DNA of 39,295 bases from Malacoraja senta (taxonomy: Eukaryota): positions 124,001 through 163,295 of the forward strand of contig JAXLNO010000136.1 of assembly GCA_038087875.1 (NCBI GenBank), read 5' to 3'. Positions within the stretch are counted from its first letter, which is position 1. Every line of letters begins with the position of its first letter. Positions 12,301 through 23,813 of this stretch are shown one piece after another. The notes beneath the pieces were generated by a model, which saw only the letters and a program-made list of their open reading frames with translations, did not search any database and was not told the DNA's origin. The position numbers and the translations under genes were made by a program.

Positions 12301-15300
12301 AAGGTCGCCATATTGCCGGCAAGGTCGGCATAAATCCGGCAAGGTCGCCACAAATCTGGGCAAGGTCGCCATAAATCCGGCAAGGTCGCCATATTTCCGG
12401 CTAGATCGCCATAAATCCGGCAAGGTCGCCACAATCCGCAAAGGTCGCAATTTTCCGGCAAGGTCGCCATAAGTCCGGCAAGGTCGCCCCAAATCGGGCA
12501 AGGTCGTCATATTGCCGGCAAGGTCGCCATAAATCCGGCAAGGTCGTCACAAATCCGGAAAGGTCACCACATTTCCGGCAAGGTCGCCATAAATCCGGCA
12601 AGGTCGCCACAAATCTGGCAAGGTCGCCGCATTTCCGGCGAGGTCGCCATAACATCCGGCAAGGTCGCCACAAATCCGGCAAGATCGCAATATTTCCGGC
12701 GAGGTCGCCCACAAATCCGGCAAGGTCGCCATAAATCCAGCAAGGTCGCCATATTTCCGGCTAGGTCGCCATAAATCCGGCAAGGTCGCCACATATCCGG
12801 CAAGGTCGTCATATTGCCGGCAATGTCGCCATAAATCCGGCAAGGTCGCCACAAATCCGGAAAGGTCGCCACATTTCCGGCAAGGTCGCCATAAATCCGG
12901 CAAGGTCGCCACAAATCTGGCAAGGTCGCCACATTTCCGGCGAGGTCGCCTTACATCCGGCAAAGTCACCACAAATCTGGCAACGTCGCCATATATCCGG
13001 CGAGGTCGCCATAAATCCGGCAACGTCGCCACCAAAACCGGCAAGGTCGCCATAAATCCGGCAAGGTCGCCACAAATCCGGAATGGTCGCCACATTTCCC
13101 GCAAGGTCGCCATAAATCCGGCAAGGTCGCCACAAATCTGGCAAGGTCGCCACATTTCCGGCGAGGTCGCCATACATCCGGCAAAGTCGCCACAAATCCG
13201 GCAACGTCGCCATATATCCGGCGAGGTCGCCATAAATCCGGCAACATCGCCACAAAACCGGCAAGGTCGCCATGAATCCGGCGAGGTAGCCATAAATCCG
13301 GCAACGTCGCCGCTAATCCGGCAAGGTCACCATAAATACGGCGAGGTCGCCGTAAATCCGGCAAGGTGGCCTCAAATCCGGCATGGTCGCCACATTTCCG
13401 GCAACGTCACCATATTTCCGGCAAGGTCGTCATTTATCCGGCAAGGTCGCCACAAATGCGGCAAGGTCGCCATGTTTCCGGCAAAGTCGCCATAAATCCG
13501 GCAAGATCGCCACAAATCCGCCAAGGTCGCCACTAATCCGACAAGGTCGCAATTTTCCGGCAAAGCCGCCATAAATCCGGCAAGGTCGCCCCAAATCCGG
13601 CAAGGTCGCCATATTGCCGGCAAGGTCGGCATAAAATCCGGCAAGGTCGCCACAAATCCGGCAAGGGCGCCATATTTCCGGCTAGGTCGCATAAATCCGG
13701 CAAGGTCGAACACAAATCCGGCAAGGTCGCAATTTTCCGGCAAGGTCGCCATAAATCCGGCAAGGTCGCCCCAAATCCGGCAAGGTCGTCATATTGCCGG
13801 CAAGGTCGCCATAAATCCGGCAAGGTCGCCACAAATCCGGAAAGGTCACCACATTTCCGGCAAGGTCGCCATAAATCCGGCAAGGACGCCACAAATCTGG
13901 CAAGGTCGCCGCATTTCCGGCGAGGTCGCCATACATCCGGCAAAGTTGCCACAAATCAATCAAGGTGGCCACATTCCCGGTGAGATCGCCATCAAACCTA
14001 CATGGTCGCCAGAAAATCCGTCAAGGTCTCCATATTCCCAGCGAGGTCGCCAACAATCTGGCAAGGTCGCCACAAATCCGGCAAGGTCGCCACAAATCCG
14101 GCAAGTTCGCCATATCCCCGGCAAGGTCGCCATAAATGCGGCAAGGTCGCCACAAATCCGCAAGGTCTCCATATTTCCGGCATGGTCGCCATAAATCCGG
14201 CAAGGTCGCCACAAATCCGGCAAGGTCGCCATATTCCCGGAAAGGTCGCCATACATCCGGCAATGTCGCCACAAATTGGCAAGGTCCTCATATTTCCGTC
14301 AAGGTCGCCATAAATCCGGCAAGGTCGCCACAAATCCGGCAAGGTCGCCATATTTCCGGTTAGGTCGCCATAAATCCGGCAAGGTCGCCACAAATCTGGC
14401 AAGGTCCGCAATTTTCCAGCAAGGTCGCCATAAATCGGGCAAGGTCGCCCGAAATCCGGCAAGGTCTTCATATTGCCGGCAAGGTCGCCATATTTCCGGC
14501 AAGGTCGCCATATTTCCGGCAAGGTCGCCATAAATCCGGCAAGGTCGCCACAAATCCGGCAAGGTCTCCATATTCCCGGCAAGGCCGCCATAAATCCGGC
14601 AAGGTCGCCACAAATCCGGCAAGGTCGCATATATCCGGCAAGGTCGCCATAATTCCGGCAAGGCCGCCACAAATCCGGCAAGGTCGCCATATGTCCGGCA
14701 TGGTCGCCATAAATCCGGCAAGGTGGCCACAAATCAGGGAAGGTCGCCATATTTCTGGCAATGTCGCCAGAAATCCGGCAAGGTGCCCTCAAATACGGCT
14801 AGGTCGCCACATTCCCGGCAAGGTCGCCATAAATCCGGCAAGGTCGCCACAAATCAGCAAGGTCGCCACAAATGCGGCAAGGTCGCCACATTTCCGGCAA
14901 GGTCGCCATAAAATCCTGCGTTCGCCACAAATCCGACAATGTCGCCATAAATTCCGACAAGTTCGCCACATTTCCGCAAGATCGCCATAAATCCGGCAAG
15001 GTCGCCACAAATGCGGCAAGGTCGTCACATTTCCAGCAAGGTCGCCATAAATCCGGCATGGTCGCCACAAAGTCCGGCAAGGTCGCCACATTTCCGGCAA
15101 GGTCGCCATATTTCCGGCAAGATCACCATAAATCCGGCAAGGTCGCCACAAATGCAGCAAGGTCGCCATATTTCCTGCAAGGTCGCCATAAATCCGGCAT
15201 GGGCGCCACAAATCCGGGAAGGTCGCCACAAATCGGGCAAAGGTAGCCACATTTCCGGTAAGGTCGCCATAAATCCGTCAACGTCGCCACAAATCCAGCA

Positions 15301-16039
15301 AGGTCGCCACAAATGCGGCAAGTCGCCACATTTCCGGCAAGGTCGCCATAAATCCGGCGTTCGCCACAAATCCGACAAGGTCGCCATAAATCCGGCAAGG
15401 TCGCCGCATTTCCCGGCAAGTCGCCATAATCCGGCAAAGTCGCCACAAATCCGGCAAGGTCGCCACTTTTCCAGCAAGGTCGCCATAAATCCGGCAAAGT
15501 CGCAACAAAATCCGGCAAGGTCGCCACTTTTCCGGCAAGGTCGCCATAAATCCGGCAAAGTCGCAACAAATCCGGCAAGGTCGCCACATTTCCGGCAAGG
15601 TCGCCATATTTCCGGCAAGGTCGCCATAAATCCGGCATGGTCGACACAAATCCGGCAAGGTCGCCACATTTCCGGCGAGGTCGCATACATCCGGCAAAGT
15701 CGCCACAAATCCGGCAACGTCGCCATATATCCGGCGAGATCGCCATAAATCCGGCAACGTCGCACAAAAACCGGCAAGGTCGCCATGAATCCGGCGAGGT
15801 AGCCATAAATCGGCAATGTCGCCGCAAATCCGGCAAGGTCACCATAAATACGACGAGGTCGCCGTAAATACGGCAAGGTGGCCTCAAATCCGGCAAGGTC
15901 GCCGCATTTCCGGCAAGGGTCGCCCATATTTCCGGCTCGCTCGCCATAAATCCGGCAAGGTCGCCACAAATCCGACAAGGTCGGAATTTTCCGGCAAAGT
16001 CGCCATAAATCCGGAAGGTCGCCCCAAATCCGGCAAGGT

Positions 16040-16894
16040 TTTGTGACGACCTTGATGGCAAAACTCCAAGATGGCGGATGTGCAGGAGTGGGCGCCGTTT
16101 GTATGCAGCCTGCCTGCAGTCCGTCGTCTAACTTTTTTATTGTCTGAAACATTTTTTTTATTGAGTCTATTCTTTCTATGTGGGGGGGAACTGTTTTAAC
16201 CCCAGTCCTACCTGGTCAGAGATGCGGTTTTCCTCCTAATCGCGTCTCCGATCTCCCCATGGGGCCTTCCATCGGGCTGGAGCGGCGTTCCTGCCGGGGA
16301 CCACAGCTTCGGCGGCACAGTGCTGGGACACCAACAGGGAGCGGGGGATGCCTTGCCGGGTCGCCGCTCCGGAGTGCTGTGGCCGCCGACCACCAACATC
16401 GGGCAGCCGCGGTCTGGGTTTGAGGGCATCCGCCGCGGGCGGGCGACGCTGGATCAGGAACTCCGCGGAGTCGAAGCTCCAACCGGCGCGGCCTGAAGTC
16501 CGCGGGCGTCGCAGTCTCCCGGGGAAGGAGCGGCCGCTTCAGACATTTTCAAGCTGCTGAGGACTTTTCCACCCGATGCGGGTGGGCAGACACATCGGGC
16601 TGCCGTTGCGGCGGCTGGCTGCAGTGGCCTCAGACTGGCCCCGACCTCGGGTGGACTAGGAGGAGGAGGAGGACTGGACATTTTAGGCCTTCCTCATACA
16701 GTGGAGAGTGTAGATTCTACTGTGGGGGGATGTTCGTGTTTGTGTAAAATCTCTTATAGTGTGTTGTCATTTTTTCTATCACTTTTTATTATTTGTATGT
16801 TAGTTAACTGTAAAGCACTTTGGCTTTTGATTTAATTCAATTGGAAAATGTGCTATAGTAAATCAACTTCTTATTATTATAACTTATTATTATT
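16040..16894 (+). mobile_element. Element A, copy 2 (same insertion, copied along with its satellite flanks)
   Basis: Near-identical to 11446-12300 at offset 4594, with the same junctions (AAGGT 16035-16039 and 16895-16899) and the same flanking monomer variants. Head CAAGATGGCGG at 16067. Confidence 0.8.
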
Positions 16895-19800
16895 AAGGTC
16901 GCCATATAGCCGGCAAGGTCGGCATAAATCCGGCAAGGTCGCCACAAATCTGGCAAGGTCGCCATAAATCCGGCAAGGTCGCCATATTTCCGGCTAGGTC
17001 GCCATAAATCCCGGCAAGGTCGCCACAAATCCGGCAAGGTCGCAATTTTCCGGCAAGGTCGCCATAAGTCCGGCAAGGTCGCCCCAAATCGGGCAAGGTC
17101 GTCATATTGCCGGCAAGGTCGCCATAATCTGGCAAGGTCGTCACAAATCCGGAAAGGTCACCACATTTCCGGCAAGGTCGCCATAAATCCTGCAAGGTCG
17201 CCACAAATCTGGCAAGGTCGCCGCATTTCCGGCGAGGTCGCCATACATCCGGCAAGGTCGCCACAAATCCGGCAAGATCGCAATATTTCCGGCGAGGTCG
17301 CCACAAATCCGGCAAGGGTCGCCATAAATCCAGCAAGGTCGCCCATCTTTCCGGCTAGGTCGCCATAATCCGGCAAGGTCGCCACAAATCCGCAAGGTCG
17401 TCATATTGCCGGCAAGGTCGCCATAAATCCGGCAAGGTCGCCACAAATCCGGAAAGGTCGCCACATTTCCGGCAAGGTCGCCATAAATCCAGCAAGGTCG
17501 CCACAAATCTGGCAAGGTCGCCACATTTCCGGCGAGGTCGCCTTACATCCGGCAAAGTCACCACAAATCCGGCAACGTCGCCATATATCCGGCGAGGTCG
17601 CCATAAATCCGGCAACGTCGCCACAAAAACCGGCAAGGTCGCCATAAATCCGGCAAGGTCGCCACAAATCCGGAATGGTCGCCACATTTCCCGCAAGGTC
17701 GCCATAAATCCGGCAAGGTCGCCACAAATCTGGCAAGGTCGCCACATTTCCGGCGAGGTCGCCATACATCCGGCAAAGTCGCCACAAATCCGGCAACGTC
17801 GCCATATATCCGGCGAGGTCGCCATAAATCCGGCAACATCGCCACAAAAACCGGCAAGGTCGCCATGAATCCGGCGAGGTAGCCATAAATCCGGCAACGT
17901 CGCCGCTAATCCGGCAAGGTCACCATAAATACGGCGAGGTCGCCGTAAATCCGGCAAGGTGGCCTCAAATCCGGCATGGTCGCCACATTTCCGGCAAGGT
18001 CACCATATTTCCGGCAAGGTCGTCATAAATCCGGCAAGGTCGCCACAAATGCGGCAAGGTCGCCATGTTTCCGGCAAGGTCGCCATTAATCCGGCAAGAT
18101 CGCCACAAATCCGCCAAGGTCGCCACTAATCCGACAAGGTCGCAATTTTCCGGCAAAGTCGCCATAAATCCGGCAATGTCGCCCCAAATCCGGCAAGGTC
18201 GCCATATTGCCGGCAAGGTCGGCATAAATCCGGCAAGGTCGCCACAAATCCGGCAAGGTCGCCATAAATCCGGCAAGGTCACCATATTTCCGGCTAGGTC
18301 GCCATAAATCCGGCAAGGTCGACACAAATCCGGCAAGGTCGCAATTTTCCGGCAAGGACGCCATAAATCCGGCAAGGTCGCCCCAAATCCGGCAAGGTCG
18401 TCATATTGCCGGCAAGGTCGCCATAAATCCGGCAAGGTCGCCACAAATCCGGAAAGGTCACCACATTTCCGGCAAGGTCGCCATAAATCCGGCAAGGACG
18501 CCACAAATCTGGCAAGGTCGCCGCATTTCCGGCGAGGTCGCCATACATCCGGGAAAGTCGCGAAAAATCCGGAAAGATCGCAACATTTCCGGCGAGGTCG
18601 CCATAAATCCGGCAAAGTTGCCACAAATCAGGCAAGGTGGCCACATTCCCGGCGAGATCGCAATCAAACCTACATGGTCGCCAGAAATCCGTCAAGGTCT
18701 CCGTATTCCCAGCGAGATCGCCAACAATCTGGCAAGGTCGCCACAAATCCGGCAAGGTCGCCACAAATACGGCAAGTTCGCCATATTCCCGGCAAGGTCG
18801 CCATAAATGCGGCAAGGTCGCCACAAATCCGGCAAGGTCTCCATATTTCCGGCATGGTCGCCATAAATCCGGCAAGGTCGCCACAAATCCGGCAAGGTCG
18901 CCATATTCCCGGAAAGGTCGCCATACATCCGGCAATGTCGCCACAAATCTGGCAAGGTCTCCATATTTCCGTCAAGGTCGCCATAAATCCGGCAAGGTCG
19001 CCACAAATCCGGCAAGGTCGCCATATTTCCGGTTAGGTCGCCATAAATCCGGCAAGGTCGCCACAAATCTGGCAAGGTCGCAATTTTCCAGCAAGGTCGC
19101 CATAAATCGGGCAAGGTCGCCCGAAATCCGGCAAGGTCTTCATATTGCCGGCAAGGTCGCCATATTTCCGGCAAGGTCGCCATATTTCCGGCAAGGTCGC
19201 CATAAATCCGGCAAGGTCGCCACAAATCCGGCAAGGTCTCCATATTTCCGGCAAGGCCGCCACAAATCCGGCAAGGTCGCCATATGTCCGGCATGGTCGC
19301 CATAAATCCGGCAAGGTGGCCACAAATCAGGGAAGGTCGCCATATTTCTGGCAATGTCGCCAGAAATCCGGCAAGGTGGCCTCAAATACGGCTAGGTCGC
19401 CACATTCCCGGCAAGATCGCCATAAATCCGGCAAGGTCGCCACAAATCCAGCAAGGTCGCCACAAATGCGGCAAGGTCGCCACATTTCCGGCAAGGTCGC
19501 CATAAATCCTGCGTTCGCCACAAATCCGACAATGTCGCCATAAATCCGACAAGTTCGCCACATTTCCGGCAAGATCGCCATAAATCCGGCAAGGTTGCCA
19601 CAAATCCGGCAAGGTCGTCACATTTCCAGCAAGGTCGCCATAAATCCGGCATGGTCGCCACAAATCCGGCAAGGTCGCCACATTTCCGGCAAGGTCGCCA
19701 TATTTCCGGCAAGATCACCATAAATCCGGCAAGGTCGCCACAAATGCAGCAAGGTCGCCATATTTCCTGCAAGGTCGCCATAAATCCGGCATGGGCGCCA

Positions 19801-21120
19801 CAAATCCGGCAAGGTCGCCAAAAATCGGGCAAGGTAGCCACATTTCCGGTAAGGTCGCCATAAATCCGTCAACGTCGCCACAAATCCAGCAAGGTCGCCA
19901 CAAATGCGGCAAGGTCGCCACATTTCGGGCAAGGTCGCCATAAATCCGGCGTTCGCCACAAATCCGACAAGGTCGCCATAAATCCGGCAAGGTCGCCGCA
20001 TTTTCCGGCAAGATCGCCATAAATCCGGCAAAGTCGCCACAAATCCGGCAAGGGTCGCCACTTTTCCAGCAAGGTCGCCATAAATCCGGCAAAGTAGCAA
20101 CAAATCCGGCAAGGTCGCCACTTTTCCGGCAAGGTCGCCATAAATCCGGCAAAGTCGCAACAAATCCGGCAAGGTCGCCACATTTTCCCGGCAAGGTCGC
20201 CATATTTTCCGGCAAGGTCGCCATAAATCCGGCATGGTCGACACAAATCCGGCAAGGTCGCCACAAATCCGGCAAGGTCGCCATAAATCCAGCAAGGTCG
20301 CCACAAATCCGGCAAGGTCGCCACATTTCCGGCGAGGTCGCCATACATCCGGCAATGTCGCCAACAATTAGGCAAGATCGCAACATTTGCGTCGAGGTCG
20401 CAATAAATCCGGCAAGGTCGCCACGAATCCGGCAATGTCGCCACATTTCCGGCGAGGTCGCCATACATCCGGCAAAGTCGCCACAAATCCGGCAACGTCG
20501 CCATATATCGGGCGAGGTCGCCATAAATCCGGCGAGGAAGCCATAAATCCGGCAACGTCGCCGCAAATCCGGCAAGGTCGCCATAAATACTGCGAGGTCG
20601 CCGTAAATCCGGCAAGGTGGCCTCAAATCCGGCAAGGTCGACACATTTCCGGCAAGGTCTCCATATTTCCGGCAAGTCGCCATAAATTCGGCAAGGTCGC
20701 CACAAATCCGGCATGGTCGCCATATTTCCGGCAAGGTCGCCAAAATTTCCATCAAGGTCGCCACAAATCCGGCAAGGTCGCCATATTTCCGGCAAGGTCG
20801 CCATAAATCCGCAAGGTCGCCACAAATCCGTCAAGGTCGCCATATTTCCGGCAAGGTCGACATCAATCCGGGAACGTCGCCACAAAGCCGGCAAGGTCGC
20901 CATATTTCCGGCAAGGTCGCCAGAAATCGGCAATGTCGCCACAAGTCCGGCAAGGTCGGCATAAATCCGGCAAGGTCGCCACAAATCCGACAATGTCGCC
21001 ATATTTCCGGCAAGGTCGCCATAAATCCGGCAAGTTAGCCATAGTTCGGTCGTCATAAATCCGGCAAGGTCGCCACAAATCGGGCAACGTCTCCATATTT
21101 CCGGCAAGGTAGCCAGAAAT

Positions 21121-21649
21121 AGAGTGTTTTTGAGCGTTTCAGGTTTTAAACGAATAGAGGGGTTTACATGGGATTACAGGGCTTTATATGGGTTACCAGG
21201 GGGTTACAGGCGTTTACAGGTGTTTACAGGTGATTAGGAGGATTGGAGGGCGTTACAGGTGTTTAGAGGAGTTGAGAGGGTATTAGAGGTGTACTTGAGG
21301 TTTACATGGGTTTAGATGGGTTTAGAGGTGGTTTATATGGGGTTTAGAGGGGATTACAGCGATTTGCTGGTGTTTAGTGGGGTAATACAGGGTGTTTACA
21401 GGTGTTTACAGGGGGTTTAGTGGGGTTTGAAGGGTTTAAGAAAGGTTTAGAGGCGGGTTCAGGGATTTACAGAGGTGTAGAGACGTTTACAGGGTTTACA
21501 GGTGTTTAGCATGGTTTACATGGGTTTAGAGGTTTTCCGAGGGTTTAGAGGGATTTAGAGGGGTTTATAGGTATTTACGGGCGTTTTGAGTAGATTACAT
21601 GCGTTTAGGTGGGTTTGGAGTGGGTTACGGGCGTTTAGAGGTGTTTAGA
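21121..21649 (+). repeat. Degenerate 10-bp G-rich telomere-like tandem repeat (GGGGTTTAGA/GGGGTTTACA), segment left of L1
   Basis: Visible 10-bp period with strong G/T strand skew. Confidence 0.9.
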
Positions 21650-21804
21650 GGGGGACTTCCGTGGCGCTATGGAGGCTTGAGTCCAGTGCCAACTAGCTAC
21701 GTGCCGAAGAATCTGAAGACGGGAGAAATCGGGTCTTACCTGCAGCGATCGCGATCTGAACGGCTGCCTGCCGCCTGACGTCATCAGGCGCGCGACTTGA
21801 CGGT

Positions 21805-22826
21805 ATGTCGATACAACGTACCCCCCCCCCCCCGTGGGACAAAAAAAACCGTTAAAGGGAAAGCACCGATGGAAGAGGAAGGCCTAACTGAGGCCTCGGC
21901 CTCAGTTACAATGACGGCCCAGGAAGACCCTCCGAAGAAATCAAAGCAGAAAAAGTCTGAAATTGAAGATCTTAAAACTTTCCTCGCTGCTGAGTTAAAA
22001 ACCTTTGAAGGAGAATTGAATTTTAAAGAGGAACTTAACTCTTTTAAGGTAGATTTTAAAGCAGAAATGCTTTCTACCGTTCAAGAAATACTGGAAGTCT
22101 GCAAGAGGTCGAGGGACGATGAAGTCAAGGAACAGATGGAAGTGCTGGAAGCCAGGCTCGTTTCGGTGGAATCGAACGTTAATATGTATGTGGCCCCCAT
22201 TCATCAAGCACGCTCAACATAGAACAGCGATAACCGAACTGAGAAACGGGCGGCGACATGTGAGGAAACTGTAAGTCGACTCCTTATTCGAAAACCAACG
22301 CCTCTCTGGTATGGTGATCAAATTTAGTGATAAGTGTACCGATTTGGAGGGGCGTCAAAGACGTAAGAATCTAAGAATTGTAGGGGTGAAAGAAGGAAGT
22401 GAGAGGGAAATGGGCCATCGGGATTTGTGGCAGACCTACTGCATAAAGCCTTAAAATTGGATCAAAAACCTTCACTCGGTCGAGCTCATAGAGTGCAGCG
22501 GCGTCGTACACAAGATGATGCCCATCCAAGACAAATTATAGTATAGGTGCAACTTGATCATGAATTTGACGAGATAATGAAGAAAATCGTCCGAAGCGGA
22601 CAGCTCTATTTTGAAGGTGTGAGGTTCAGTATTTACCGAGATTATCCGGCAGAGGTCTTCAAGAAAAGGGCGCTGTTCACTGAGACAAAAAGAATACTGA
22701 AGATGTACCTGATTTGAGATACGGCTTGCTTTACCCCGCAAGACTAAGTGTCACCTACAAGAACAATGAGCAATTTTTACAGACCACGAAAAAGCACTGG
22801 AATATGCCAAGAAATCGGGAACGTGA
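21805..22826 (+). pseudogene. L1 ORF1p (coiled coil, RRM, CTD), frameshifted
   Basis: Heptad-like E/K/L-rich segment in ORF 21797-22222. Manual translation from 22341 gives DLEGRQRRKNLRIVGVKEGSE, then RAHRV, HPRQII, IYRDYPAEVFKKRALF and RYGLLYPARL in shifting frames, all typical L1 ORF1p motifs. ATG at 21805 is inferred as the start. Confidence 0.88.
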
Positions 22827-23365
22827 CCACAGACTGAAGAATTTACATTACTCCTCAGGAGTCAAGGATTAACGGGACTTCGCCAGTTTTAAAAGGACCT
22901 TTAAAGTTATTTTAAGAGCTTTAAGGACATTCGAAAACCGAAATGGACGGTGGACATTGGAGAAAATCGTGGGTTTTTGTTGTTGTTATTAATCACTATT
23001 ACTATTTGTATATTCATATCCAACTATATATGTAACTACTAATACTTATTAAATATCTATATTACTACTAAAATTATTAACATTTATATTACTCATAAAA
23101 ATTTAATACTGGGTATGATTGATAACAATGATTAATAACTAACAGTCTCTGGTTAACGTAGAAATGAGTTACATACTTATATTCTATAGGAAGATATGCA
23201 AGAGGTAATTCAGCCTACGTCATAATAAGGTTTGACGGTTTTTCTCTTTATTTTTCAATTAAAATTAAATTTATATATTTAGCGAAGATATTAATATGAT
23301 ACGTAGAGAATAAATAAACGTCGTGAATTTACGCTGTTTTCGGACTTTTCTGCAGGATACGTGCT

Positions 23366-23441
23366 TATGTATGTATGCATATGGGTATATATATATATGT
23401 ATATATGTATGTGTGTGTGTATGTATGGGTATATATATATG
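23366..23441. repeat. (TA)n/(TATG)n/(TG)n compound microsatellite in the L1 inter-ORF region
   Basis: Directly visible; main TA run 13 nt (23386-23398). Confidence 0.9.
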
Positions 23442-23813
23442 TTTGCTACCCCCAAAGAAGTTATTTGATTGTCAGAAATAATCTTTTTTTCTTTCGGGCA
23501 CGCAGCTGGGAATTTTTTTTTACAAAGGCTACGGAAGTCTTCAGAATTCTAGCCACGTTAGTGTGGCTATCACTAACTACACTAATTGTAGATGTAGTTT
23601 TTTTCTTTCACCCTATACTAACCAATTCTATCACTTTTTCACTTTAATATTTTATAACTTAATGTTTGAATGGGAAAACAAGACTAATACAAGGAGATGT
23701 GTTCGGAAGAGCGATGTATATGATTTTAAATTCATCTATTTTGAGGTTCGGGAGCAGGGTCAGGTTTTATGTGTTGCACCTTCTCCTCGGTTATAGACCA
23801 CCTTAGAAACAAT

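Larger units (their letters stand above)
11320..20300. repeat. About 4.6-kb tandem duplication within the satellite (units about 11320-15910 and 15912-20300; bounds approximate)
   Basis: Element A and rare variant monomers (GGCTCGCTCGCC, TCAAACCTACATGG, GGCATGGTCGACAC) recur in the same order about 4.6-4.7 kb apart. Confidence 0.8.
1..21120. repeat. 20-bp tandem satellite array, consensus TCCGGCAAGGTCGCC(ATAAA/ACAAA/ATATT/ACATT); runs off the left edge; interrupted at 11446-12300 and 16040-16894
   Basis: Direct 20-bp periodicity, single orientation, ending abruptly at 21120. The 20-aa periodic pseudo-peptides in the ORF track (MATLPDLWRPCRIYGDLAGF) are what a 20-bp unit gives over 3 monomers. 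Confidence 0.99.

Noticed and set aside
279..21107. Numerous ORFs up to 412 aa encoding Cys/Trp-rich repeats (MATLPDLWRPCRIYGDLAGF)
   Set aside because: The 20-bp consensus has no stop codon on the minus strand, so all three frames give the same periodic peptide. Frame-breaking indels are freely tolerated.
1..21120. CRISPR-like or protein-coding repeat array
   Set aside because: The variable linker is only about 5 bp and recurrent, there are no unique spacers or cas genes, and the context is vertebrate retroelements.
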